A DNA stretch of 64,000 nucleotides from the NCBI GenBank assembly GCA_041483895.1, contig JBGPGO010000005.1, positions 64,001 through 128,000 on the forward strand. The letters run 5' to 3'. The notes beneath the pieces were generated by a model that did not search any database, was not told where the DNA came from, and worked only from the letters and a program-made list of their open reading frames with translations. The stretch is from Fimbriimonadia bacterium (GTDB lineage: Bacteria > Armatimonadota > Fimbriimonadia > Fimbriimonadales > JABRVX01). How positions within the stretch are numbered: the stretch's first letter is position 1; each line of letters opens with the position of its first letter. Shown one piece after another: positions 44,921 to 53,599 of this stretch. The position numbers were made by a program, and so were the translations under genes.

Positions 44921-46681
44921 ATGAAGCGCGCAATCATCCTAATCGCACTGATCTTGGCCACCGCGATGGCCCTCGCCGATGTCAATTACCACGTCAAAGT
45001 GGATCAAGAGAACGGCAAACTGCTCTTCTCAATAACGACCAAAGTGAAGGGAGCGAAGACCGAATTTCAGATTCCCACCTGGGCTCCCGGCGCCTATATT
45101 CGCGCCAACTATGCCCGAAACATCAAGGAAGTCAAGGCCGTAGGGGACAAGGGGGCCGAGCTGAAGGTCGATCAGCCGGACAACATCACTTGGGCCGTGG
45201 ACACCATCGGCCAGAAGCAGGTCACGCTGACCTACCAGACAGAAAGAACGATTTCTCAGACCGGCTTCCAACTAAATGGTCCGGGATCTTATATGTACTT
45301 GGTCGGCCGCAAGCTGGAGCGATACACGGTCGAATACGAACTGCCGATCGGTTGGAAGATCGCCGTCGGTCTTGATCCCATGGGCGGCAACAAGTTTAGC
45401 GCGACGACATACGATGTCTTTATCGATTCCCCTGCGCAGTTCGGCAACTTTGGGGACGACGTCTTTATGGTCAAGGGAGTGCCTCACCACATTATCACGG
45501 CCGGCGCCGGCGCAGGCACGGTTGACCGGAAGAAGCTCACTGAGATCTGTCAAAAGATCGCCGAGGCAGAAACCTCCCTATACCGCCACATTCCATACAA
45601 GCGGTATTTCTTCTTCTTCACGGTCTTCAATGGCCTCGACGGCGGCGGCGGCTTGGAGCATTTGAACTCCACTTCAATCAGCCTGGCCTCTGGCCTCGGT
45701 CCCCGCGCGGCGCATGTTATCGCACACGAATTCTTCCACCTGTGGAACGTCAAGCGAATCCGCCCGTTTGTGTTGGGGCCGTTCGACTACACCCAGCCGG
45801 CGATAACCAAGAATCTTTGGTTTAGCGAAGGAGTAACGGATTACTACGCGAGAGTGATTCATCTTCGGTCGGGATTGTACGATCAGAATGCCTTTCTCAA
45901 GGACCTGAGCGGCACTATTCAGGAGCTGCAATCCAACCCGGCGCGGCTGACCGTAACCGCCGACGCCAGCTCGGAACGGGTTTGGGAGGCCAACAACAGC
46001 CAAGGGTTTGGCCGCTTGTCGTACTACACGAAGGGCGACCTCGTCGGCGTCTGCCTCGACCTCAAGCTGCGTGAACTGAGCAACGGAAAGAAATCGTTGG
46101 ACGACGTGATGCGATATATGTACGACAAGTGTGGCCGCGGCAACGGACCGGGTTTTCAGGAAGACGGCATTCGCGAAGCGGTGATCAAGTTCGGCGGTGC
46201 GGAGATGGGTCCGCTCTATGACCGCCTTGCCCGTTCAACGGACGAGATGCCGTTCACGGAACTGCTGGCCGGCGCGGGCGTCCGGTGCATGATCAAAGAG
46301 ACCCAACAGGCGGACATCGGGGGGACCTTGCGCTCGGATGCTGACGCCAAGGGCCTTATTGTGGGACGGATCCGGCCTGATAGCCCGATGGATGCCGCCG
46401 GATTGAACAGGGGGGACACAATCATCGAAGTCGACGGCAAGCCGATTGTCGCTGATGGCGGAGACGCATCCAAGGACCTCCAGGCCGCGCTTACTAAGAT
46501 GAACGGCGAGCTGCAGCCCGACGTGCCGATCAAGGTTGCCTTTATGCGGGATGGGAAACGGGAGGAAGCGACAATCACCCCGAAGGCGCGCAAAGTGATG
46601 TCCACAGAATGTACGTTTGCCGACAGCCCAACGGCGGGTCAGAAGCACATTCTCGAGGGGTGGCTCTCCGGCAAGAACTAG
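44921..46681 (+). CDS. M61 glycyl aminopeptidase with PDZ domain
   Basis: PTWAPGAY, GGLEH.NS, HEFFHLWNVKR, WFSEGVTDYY, SYYTKG; C-terminal PDZ. Confidence 0.93.
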   Translation: MKRAIILIALILATAMALADVNYHVKVDQENGKLLFSITTKVKGAKTEFQIPTWAPGAYIRANYARNIKEVKAVGDKGAELKVDQPDNITWAVDTIGQKQVTLTYQTERTISQTGFQLNGPGSYMYLVGRKLERYTVEYELPIGWKIAVGLDPMGGNKFSATTYDVFIDSPAQFGNFGDDVFMVKGVPHHIITAGAGAGTVDRKKLTEICQKIAEAETSLYRHIPYKRYFFFFTVFNGLDGGGGLEHLNSTSISLASGLGPRAAHVIAHEFFHLWNVKRIRPFVLGPFDYTQPAITKNLWFSEGVTDYYARVIHLRSGLYDQNAFLKDLSGTIQELQSNPARLTVTADASSERVWEANNSQGFGRLSYYTKGDLVGVCLDLKLRELSNGKKSLDDVMRYMYDKCGRGNGPGFQEDGIREAVIKFGGAEMGPLYDRLARSTDEMPFTELLAGAGVRCMIKETQQADIGGTLRSDADAKGLIVGRIRPDSPMDAAGLNRGDTIIEVDGKPIVADGGDASKDLQAALTKMNGELQPDVPIKVAFMRDGKREEATITPKARKVMSTECTFADSPTAGQKHILEGWLSGKN

Positions 46682-47211
46682 CAGATTTGGACGCCGTTGA
46701 AGCGATGGCAATGGGGATCGTGCGGCGTTGGAACCATCGCGAGCGCCATGACGAACATTCGCGTGATCTCGGGCCCGGTGAATTTGAACGTTTTCCGGAA
46801 TACCGTTTGGTAGGTTGCCAGTTCTGCCGGCTGCAAGGAATCGAGCCAGGCACGAAAACTGCCATGCTGCTTCTGCAGCCCGGCGATCACCTTGGCATTC
46901 TCAATTGTGGCGGCAATCTTCAGCCGGTTTCGGATGATGGAGGCGTCCCCGAGGAGCCGCTCCACGTCGCCGTCATGATACCGAGAAACCTTTCGTACGC
47001 TAAAACCGTGAAAGGCCTTGCGAAACCCTTCCCGCCGATACAGAATCGTCTTCCAACTGAGACCGGCCTGGAAGATTTCCAGAGTAAGCAATTCAAAAAG
47101 CTGATCGTCGCTATGGAGCGGCATGCCCCACTCCTCATCGTGGTAGGCCGTCAGGAGCGGGTCGCCGGCGCACCAATCACAGACCCGCGTTGGAGTCTTG
47201 GATTGCGTCAT
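46678..47211 (-). CDS. tag: DNA-3-methyladenine glycosylase I
   Basis: C.W...YHDEEWG.P, LEIFQAGLSW.TIL, IIRNRLKI, FKFTGP, H...C. Confidence 0.93.
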   Translation of the reverse strand: MTQSKTPTRVCDWCAGDPLLTAYHDEEWGMPLHSDDQLFELLTLEIFQAGLSWKTILYRREGFRKAFHGFSVRKVSRYHDGDVERLLGDASIIRNRLKIAATIENAKVIAGLQKQHGSFRAWLDSLQPAELATYQTVFRKTFKFTGPEITRMFVMALAMVPTPHDPHCHRFNGVQIC

Positions 47212-47390
47212 TTTGCATTTTCAAGGACTTCGTCTCCGAACGTGTCGATGTGAAACTGGATTGCGGAAGTAACGTCCTTGAGGGCCTCTTCGTATGTCTC
47301 GCCCTCACCGACAACCACGCCCTTGATTCCAAGGGGATACGCCACGTAACCTTCGGGATGCTGCTCAACGACAATCTTGAATGACCTCAT
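47208..47390 (-). CDS. HicB-family antitoxin domain (short, orphan)
   Basis: IVVEQHPEGYVAYP.G...VGEGETYEEAL..V..AI. Confidence 0.75.
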   Translation of the reverse strand: MRSFKIVVEQHPEGYVAYPLGIKGVVVGEGETYEEALKDVTSAIQFHIDTFGDEVLENAK

Positions 47391-47462
47391 ACCAGTATCT
47401 TACCGCCTCTTGCTACCGGTCCTACCCACATGCCATAATGTCACGAAAACCCGGAGGAGCAT

Positions 47463-48938
47463 GTGGCAGGGGCATTCCCGCTCGGACTGAGTTTTGACGA
47501 CGTCCTTCTCTTACCTCGGGACACCGAGGTAACTCCCGCCGATGTCGACACTTCGACCGTTCTCGCCGCCGACATTCGCCTGAATATCCCTATCGTCAGC
47601 AGCCCGATGGACACGGTGACCGAAAGCCGTATGGCCATCGCCCTCGCCCGAGAAGGCGGCGTCGGCGTCATCCATCGCAATATGTCCATCGACGAGCAGG
47701 CAAATGAGGTCGATCGTGTGAAGCGATCCGAATCGGGCGTCATTCTGGACCCGTTCCATCTCGGCCCGGATCGGCCCATCAGCGAAGCCCTAAGAATGAT
47801 GGAGCGCTACCACATATCCGGCGTGCCCATCACCGATGACACCGGCAAATTGGTGGGCATCCTCACCAATCGCGACATTCGATTCGAGACCGACTTCACG
47901 AAGCCGATTCGGGAACGCATGACCCAGCAAGACCTGGTGACTGCCTCCGAGGGCACGACGCTGGATCAGGCCGAGCTGATTTTGCAAGAGCACCGGATCG
48001 AAAAGCTGCCCATCGTTGACGCGGAGTTCCGCCTAAAGGGCCTCATCACCATCAAAGACATTTTGAAATTGCGGCGGCATCCGAATGCGACAAAGGACGC
48101 GAAGGGCCGGCTCTGCGTCGGCGCGGCCATCGGCCCGATGCGGGAGCCGGTTGAGCGCGCCGGGGCTTTGAGGGATGCCGGAGTGGATTTCATTGTCATT
48201 GACGCCGCGCATGGCCATTCTGTGGGCGTTTTGCAGGCGCTGGCAGCGATCAAACGGACCTACCCGGATCTAGTGGTCATCGCCGGCAACGCTGCAACCA
48301 AGGAGGCCGTCCAAGCGATGGCGGAACGCGGCGCGGATGGCATCCGCGTCGGCATCGGCGCAGGCTCTATCTGCACGACGCGCATCGTCGCCGGGGTGGG
48401 CGTGCCCCAACTAACTGCGGTTATCGAGTGCGCGGAGGAGGCCATGCGGCTCGGCATTCCGACCATTGCCGATGGGGGAATTCGCTCCAGCGGCGATATC
48501 GTAAAGTCGCTGGCGGGCGGCGCGCAGACCGTGATGCTGGGCAACATGCTGGCCGGGTGCGACGAAGCGCCGGGCGAAATTGAGATGTACCGAAACCGGG
48601 CGTACAAAGTGTATCGCGGCATGGGATCGATCGGCGCGATGCGGGCGACGACGGCGGATCGATATGCGCAGACGCCGAGCGGCAAGGTGGTTCCCGAAGG
48701 CGTCGAAGGCCGCGTCCCGTATAAAGGTCCGATGTCGGAGACGATTACTCAGCTGCACGGCGGGATTCGTTCCGGCATGGGCTACATCGGGGCCGCGAAT
48801 TTGACCGCGCTTCGAGAACGCGCCAGATTTCTTCAAATCACCAATGCCGGCCTGCGGGAGAGCCACGTCCACGACGTCTGGATCACCAAGGAGCCGCCGA
48901 ACTACTCCTCCGAATGGAACTTTACAGATCGGGAGTAG
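47463..48938 (+). CDS. guaB: IMP dehydrogenase
   Basis: LSFDDVLL.P, SPMDTVTE, CBS pair, GIGAGSICTTR, YRGMGS, PEGVEG. Confidence 0.98.
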   Translation: MAGAFPLGLSFDDVLLLPRDTEVTPADVDTSTVLAADIRLNIPIVSSPMDTVTESRMAIALAREGGVGVIHRNMSIDEQANEVDRVKRSESGVILDPFHLGPDRPISEALRMMERYHISGVPITDDTGKLVGILTNRDIRFETDFTKPIRERMTQQDLVTASEGTTLDQAELILQEHRIEKLPIVDAEFRLKGLITIKDILKLRRHPNATKDAKGRLCVGAAIGPMREPVERAGALRDAGVDFIVIDAAHGHSVGVLQALAAIKRTYPDLVVIAGNAATKEAVQAMAERGADGIRVGIGAGSICTTRIVAGVGVPQLTAVIECAEEAMRLGIPTIADGGIRSSGDIVKSLAGGAQTVMLGNMLAGCDEAPGEIEMYRNRAYKVYRGMGSIGAMRATTADRYAQTPSGKVVPEGVEGRVPYKGPMSETITQLHGGIRSGMGYIGAANLTALRERARFLQITNAGLRESHVHDVWITKEPPNYSSEWNFTDRE

Positions 48939-48942
48939 AACC

Positions 48943-48996
48943 GTAGCGCTGCCTTCCAGGCGGCACTTCTCCGGCAACGCTGCCTTCCAGGCGGCA
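48943..48996 (+). repeat. Tandem REP-like repeat CGCTGCCTTCCAGGCGGCA (2 copies)
   Basis: Identical 19-mers at 48947 and 48978, the first preceded by GTAG; imperfect palindrome; inverted copy at 51409. Confidence 0.75.
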
Positions 48997-49193
48997 AAGG
49001 AAACCTGCCCCTTCAATGCCGTTCATACGCAACAAATGCGCCAACCAGCACATATTTCTGTCGCAACCCCCCTTAGCAATGCGGTTAACCACGCCAACAA
49101 TAGTAACTGGTAGCAGAACTCGAAGTTACGTAAGTTAGAATGCAAAAGAATTCACGAACCGAAGGCTTCCTTTCTAAGAAGAGGGGCAGGGCG

Positions 49194-50525
49194 ATGTGGC
49201 ACGACGCCGTTGCGCCTCTTACAATCCTCATCGGTATCGCCATCGTCGACGCCATTCAGAACGCATGGCCGAATTGCCCTGAGCCCGCCCCGCTCATCTT
49301 GGTTGCCGTTGCCGTCACCGGCTTCCTTTGTGGTCTTCGTTCCGCGGTCCTGAGCAGTGTTATCGCGATAGCGTATGCGCTCTTCTTTGTCGCGCCGAGA
49401 AATATACCGGAGTATCCTGGCCTGCCCATCTCCCTGCATGCTCTCCTGCTGGCCACGGCCGCCCCGCTGTTGGGGATCATGGCAGGCCTTATGCGCCAGA
49501 GAGTGACGCGCACGGCGGAAGCTCTGCATGCCCATCTCGCCAACACGCCGCTGGGAGTGATCGAACTCTATGCTGACTTTGAGGTGCGGGTGTGGGCCGG
49601 GGCCGCGGAGACCATCTTTAAAATCGAATCGAAGGACGCGATCGGAAAGAGTCTGTTCGAACTGCCGGGGGTTTTTCTTGGGGAGGACGATGCGGAAGCG
49701 GCAAAGCTTGCCCTGAAAAACATGGCGGCGGGCAATCGCAGCCACTTTGTGCATCACTCGCGATCGGGCGCGGTGACGGCGAACGCAAGCCACTCTCGAT
49801 GGTTCTGGTCCACCACGTTTCAGGAGCGCAAGCGCGACAGCAGGTTCCTAGTCCTGGTGGAAGACATTACCGAGCGGGTCAAAGCGGAACGGGAGCTGGA
49901 AGAGAGCAAGTGGGAAGTGATCCAGCGCCTGGTCCGCGCGGCGGAATATCGCGACCGTGACACAGGCCACCACGTGCAGCGCATGAGCCGCATCTGCGAG
50001 GCATTAGCGAGAGCGGCGGGTCTCAGTGACGACATCTGCGCGTTGATACTAAAGGCGAGCCAACTCCATGACATTGGGAAGATCGGCATCCCGGACAGCA
50101 TTCTTCGCAAGGAGGGCAAGCTGACGTCCGACGAGCTCGCCATCATGCGCAGCCACGCGACCCTCGGCGCGGAACTGCTGGCCGACAGCAACCATCCTCT
50201 GTTGAAGCTGGCGGAGACCATCGCGATGACGCACCACGAGCGCTGGGACGGAACCGGCTATCCGAAAGGTCTGAAGGGCGAGGATATCCCGATTGTCGGG
50301 CGCATCGCCTCCGTGTGCGATGTCTTCGATGCGCTGTTGTCGGAGCGCCCGTACAAGCAGGCGATGTCGTTGGACGATGCTTTGGCGGAGATACAGCACA
50401 TCGGGGGCACCTATCTCGACCCGAACCTGACGCGCCTGTTCTTCTCGATCGTGCCCCAGATCAAGACGATACTCTCCGACTACAGCACGATGGACAAATA
50501 CGACATGCTCCGCGACGCGGCGTAG
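49194..50525 (+). CDS. Membrane-bound PAS + HD-GYP cyclic-dinucleotide phosphodiesterase
   Basis: Four TM segments (DUF4118-like), PAS, HDIGKIGIPD, HHERWDGTGYP, DVFDAL...RPYK; alternative start 49140. Confidence 0.9.
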   Translation: MWHDAVAPLTILIGIAIVDAIQNAWPNCPEPAPLILVAVAVTGFLCGLRSAVLSSVIAIAYALFFVAPRNIPEYPGLPISLHALLLATAAPLLGIMAGLMRQRVTRTAEALHAHLANTPLGVIELYADFEVRVWAGAAETIFKIESKDAIGKSLFELPGVFLGEDDAEAAKLALKNMAAGNRSHFVHHSRSGAVTANASHSRWFWSTTFQERKRDSRFLVLVEDITERVKAERELEESKWEVIQRLVRAAEYRDRDTGHHVQRMSRICEALARAAGLSDDICALILKASQLHDIGKIGIPDSILRKEGKLTSDELAIMRSHATLGAELLADSNHPLLKLAETIAMTHHERWDGTGYPKGLKGEDIPIVGRIASVCDVFDALLSERPYKQAMSLDDALAEIQHIGGTYLDPNLTRLFFSIVPQIKTILSDYSTMDKYDMLRDAA

Positions 50526-50631
50526 ACGCCAACTTTCCCTAAAGATGTGTTCGGGTTCACTCCTGACGACAACCCTGGTATACCAATTCCCTAGACCCGA
50601 ACACATCCGGCGCGCAGCCCCGACACAGGGG

Positions 50632-51273
50632 TTACTTGGACTTCACCACCCATTCGTGGAGGGCGCGGCTGAGGGCAATCTGCGCGGCGCGCTGCTCGTG
50701 CGGCGTGGCGGGCCCGCCGCTCACCACGGAAACCAGAGGCGTCACCAGAACGTCGGCAACGATTTTGAGAGTGTTTTCCTTTTCGTCGCTTCGGCCCGTA
50801 ACCCCGGTCTTCTTGTAGATCACTTTGCCCGCGCGCACGTCGAACACATAGGCGCTCACGGTGGCGGTAGAAATCGTTTTCGGCCCGGAGCCAACCCAGA
50901 TGCTGCGGGTGTGCCAAGCGATGGAACCATGGACAACAACGCTGGCCTTCAGCTTTTTGCCGAACTTCGACAGCGCGGCGTTGGTAGGCCTTCGGCTTGA
51001 TGCACCCATGGAGTTCCAGGTCTTCACGGCCAGATCGTGCGGAACGGTCGCATATCCTGCCTTGCGCGTTATCTCATCCACCGTGGCATAGGCGGTTCTC
51101 CGTGGCGTGTCCTTTCCTTTGACAAGGGTCCACGGATAGGCAACCGCCATCCCTTTGACATCATCCGGCTTAGCGGCGACGGCATGGCTGTCCGAGGCGC
51201 CCACCAACGGGAGAGTGCACGCGACGGCAATGGTCGCCAAGAGAGCGATCCGCTTCCAACTCTGGCTTTTCAT
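50632..51273 (-). CDS. Secreted hypothetical protein
   Basis: SD AAGGAG, signal peptide; alpha/beta pattern (..AYVFDV..GKVIY..). Confidence 0.7.
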   Translation of the reverse strand: MKSQSWKRIALLATIAVACTLPLVGASDSHAVAAKPDDVKGMAVAYPWTLVKGKDTPRRTAYATVDEITRKAGYATVPHDLAVKTWNSMGASSRRPTNAALSKFGKKLKASVVVHGSIAWHTRSIWVGSGPKTISTATVSAYVFDVRAGKVIYKKTGVTGRSDEKENTLKIVADVLVTPLVSVVSGGPATPHEQRAAQIALSRALHEWVVKSK

Positions 51274-51408
51274 GTTCGTTCTCCTTCTTTCAGTCATCCT
51301 GTTACGCGTCCACGTACGGGCTGCCGTGCACCGGTCCCGGCCCGCCTATCCTTCCGATTCGCTGACGAGATCCCGCCTCCTGTTTGTTCCCTTTCTCTCC
51401 TCTAACCG

Positions 51409-51425
51409 TGCCGCCTGGAAGGCAG
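51409..51425 (-). repeat. Inverted copy of CTGCCTTCCAGGCGGCA repeat
   Basis: tgccgcctggaaggcag is the reverse complement of the 48949-48965 core. Confidence 0.7.
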
Positions 51426-51454
51426 TCTCTGTAGCCGTGGGTCCGCATGCCGAT

Positions 51455-51493
51455 TGCTCCGCCCCCTTTTTCTGGACCAAAGGGGGCAGAGCA
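51455..51493. terminator. Stable hairpin downstream of ECF sigma gene (possible terminator)
   Basis: tgctccgcccccttt / aaagggggcagagca arms; no clear U-tract. Confidence 0.4.
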
Positions 51494-51613
51494 CTGCCTA
51501 CCCTGCCTCACCTGACAGCCAGAAAACCGGACAACAGAGTTTCCATGCCTTTGGAAAATAGTGTGTCGATGCGCGAAGAACCCAATCTATCCCAAGTCCA
51601 AGTGTCGCTGAGC

Positions 51614-52177
51614 CTAGACTTGAGCGACGCTGCGGGCTGGCGCAAACCGCGACCCCTCGAGCGCCTGTCGAGCGCGGCGAGTTGCTCGGAACAGCCGTGA
51701 CTTCACTGTTCCCAAGGGGATATTGAATTGCATGGACGCTTCCTGATACGACATCTCTCCTACAGCGAACTGCCATAGAAGGTTTCTGTGTTTCGTTGGG
51801 AGCAGGCGCATTGCCGCCACGACTTCCGGGTCGAATGAGGATTGGATGATTACCTCTTCAGGGGTTGGACCAGGATCGGCCAGATAGGCTTCGTACTCCT
51901 CGTCGATCTCGCAATGAGTAAGTGGCACTATAAGAATTCCACGGGCTCTCCGCCGCCTAAGATCGCAATAAAGGCGCTTGATGATCGTCATCACCCATGT
52001 GGAAAAGGCGCTTTCCTCGCGCCAGCAATCAAATTGCCGAAACGCGCGAAACAAGGCTTCCTGCGTCAGATCTTCCGCATCACTATCATTGAAACACAGA
52101 AAACCAGCGTAACTGTGCACTTTTCGATACGACTGTCTGGCAAGTCGATCAAATTTTTTCTTCATGACCTCGTCCAT
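51614..52177 (-). CDS. ECF RNA polymerase sigma-70 factor
   Basis: DAEDLTQEALFRAF, FSTWV..I, MSYQEA....IPLGTVKSRLFRA. Confidence 0.9.
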   Translation of the reverse strand: MDEVMKKKFDRLARQSYRKVHSYAGFLCFNDSDAEDLTQEALFRAFRQFDCWREESAFSTWVMTIIKRLYCDLRRRRARGILIVPLTHCEIDEEYEAYLADPGPTPEEVIIQSSFDPEVVAAMRLLPTKHRNLLWQFAVGEMSYQEASMQFNIPLGTVKSRLFRATRRARQALEGSRFAPARSVAQV

Positions 52178-52519
52178 TAGAACACAACTTCCTCGCAAGA
52201 TGGGTGAACAATCTCGTTGTGCTTATTGTCCGACATCCGCCGGTCGTTAAGAAAGTCCCAATTTTGTTGTCCTAGGAATCATGTACTAGAAAGTGTTTAT
52301 CCCTGGAACCAAGCCTTTAGTTGGCTTAGTGGTGGGATGCGAGTAACCAACTGCCTTCGGTCATCCCGATTATTGCTCGCTGACCATCAAGGAATTCGCC
52401 AAACTGCGAACACAAGCGAACGCGGGATTGTTGAGGTCGCCAACTTTCCGAGCGGCCGTACTTCCCTTTGTGAAAGCTTATCGCCATTTATCGATCACAA
52501 CCCATGTACAATTGGCGTT

Positions 52520-53065
52520 ATGGACAAATGGACGACCTTTACAAGCCTAGACGAACTCATACAACATAACGTTGAAACGATAGCCAGGATTGAAAGGGCC
52601 GGCCACGACAGTCGTACGGCGAGCGATCGGTTTGCAGACATTGTTTCCGCATTCTGCGGTCGGATCGGTTTCGTGTGGGTCCATTGCGTTTGGTTTGTCC
52701 TGTGGCTACTGGTCAATGCGACCGCTATCTTCCCGGCAGGAATGCGATTTGATCCTCCCCCTTTCCCAATGTTGACGCTTATTGTTTCCCTGGAGGCCAT
52801 TTTTCTTTCGACATTCATCTTGATCAGCCAGAATCACCAGCAGCATCTTGGGGATAAGCGAAATCACCTTGATTTGCAGATCAACCTTCTCGCTGAGCAG
52901 GAGAATAGCCAGATGTTGACCATGTTGCATCAGATCATGGAACGCCTTAATATTGAAGGGGACCGCACGAAGCAGGCAGCGATGCGCGAAACTACCGACC
53001 CCGAGCACATGGTGAAGCATATCGAGCGTTCCACCGGCAATGCGAGTGCCGAAGACGCCGATTAG
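52520..53065 (+). CDS. DUF1003 membrane protein
   Basis: DRFAD.V..F.G...FV, FDPPPF.MLTLIVSLEAIFLSTFILISQN, DLQINLLAE. Confidence 0.9.
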   Translation: MDKWTTFTSLDELIQHNVETIARIERAGHDSRTASDRFADIVSAFCGRIGFVWVHCVWFVLWLLVNATAIFPAGMRFDPPPFPMLTLIVSLEAIFLSTFILISQNHQQHLGDKRNHLDLQINLLAEQENSQMLTMLHQIMERLNIEGDRTKQAAMRETTDPEHMVKHIERSTGNASAEDAD

Positions 53066-53140
53066 TAGCAATCCTCGAATCCTAGCTGCACGGCCTCACC
53101 GGTTCGCACCGACAACGAAATATCGCCGTCCTGGTCCCGC

Positions 53141-53395
53141 CTAAGAACCGGCTTGGCGTTCCATTTCCACGAGCCGCGTGTAGTAGTCAGGGATCTCGTT
53201 TAGGTGAGCCCAGGCGATCTTGCCGGTCAGCAAAGGGTCGTCGCCTGTCACGTTCGTCCTCGGATCGGCGGCGCCGTGCTCCAACTCAATCGCCAGACCG
53301 AGCCGGAACTGCTCGAGATTGGTGACAGCCCAATCCACCCCGATCTTGTCGCCGATTGCCCTGGCCTCTTCTGTGGTGAACTCACGCTTGCTCAT
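53141..53395 (-). CDS. DUF5661-family small protein
   Basis: FTTEEAR.IG, EQFR.GL.IELEHG, TGKIA.AHL.E.PDYYTRL..ME. Confidence 0.8.
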   Translation of the reverse strand: MSKREFTTEEARAIGDKIGVDWAVTNLEQFRLGLAIELEHGAADPRTNVTGDDPLLTGKIAWAHLNEIPDYYTRLVEMERQAGS

Positions 53396-53599
53396 GGTCT
53401 CAGTATAGCCGCTGTGACTGACCGATGGATAGCCTTCACGTACTCGGTGCGTGATCGCAACCGACCAACTTCTCTCCGGGAACATTCGTTTGACGACAGT
53501 CAGCCTTTATCTGTCTACATATATCCTGACAGCCAAAGAGACGACTTGCACCCTTTTCCGTGAAAAGCTACAGTGGGGTTAAGAAAAAGGTGACGAAAA

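Noticed and set aside
51510..53535. Shared 11-mer CCTGACAGCCA at 51511 and 53525
   Set aside because: Only two copies, with inconsistent distances to starts; cannot be distinguished from chance
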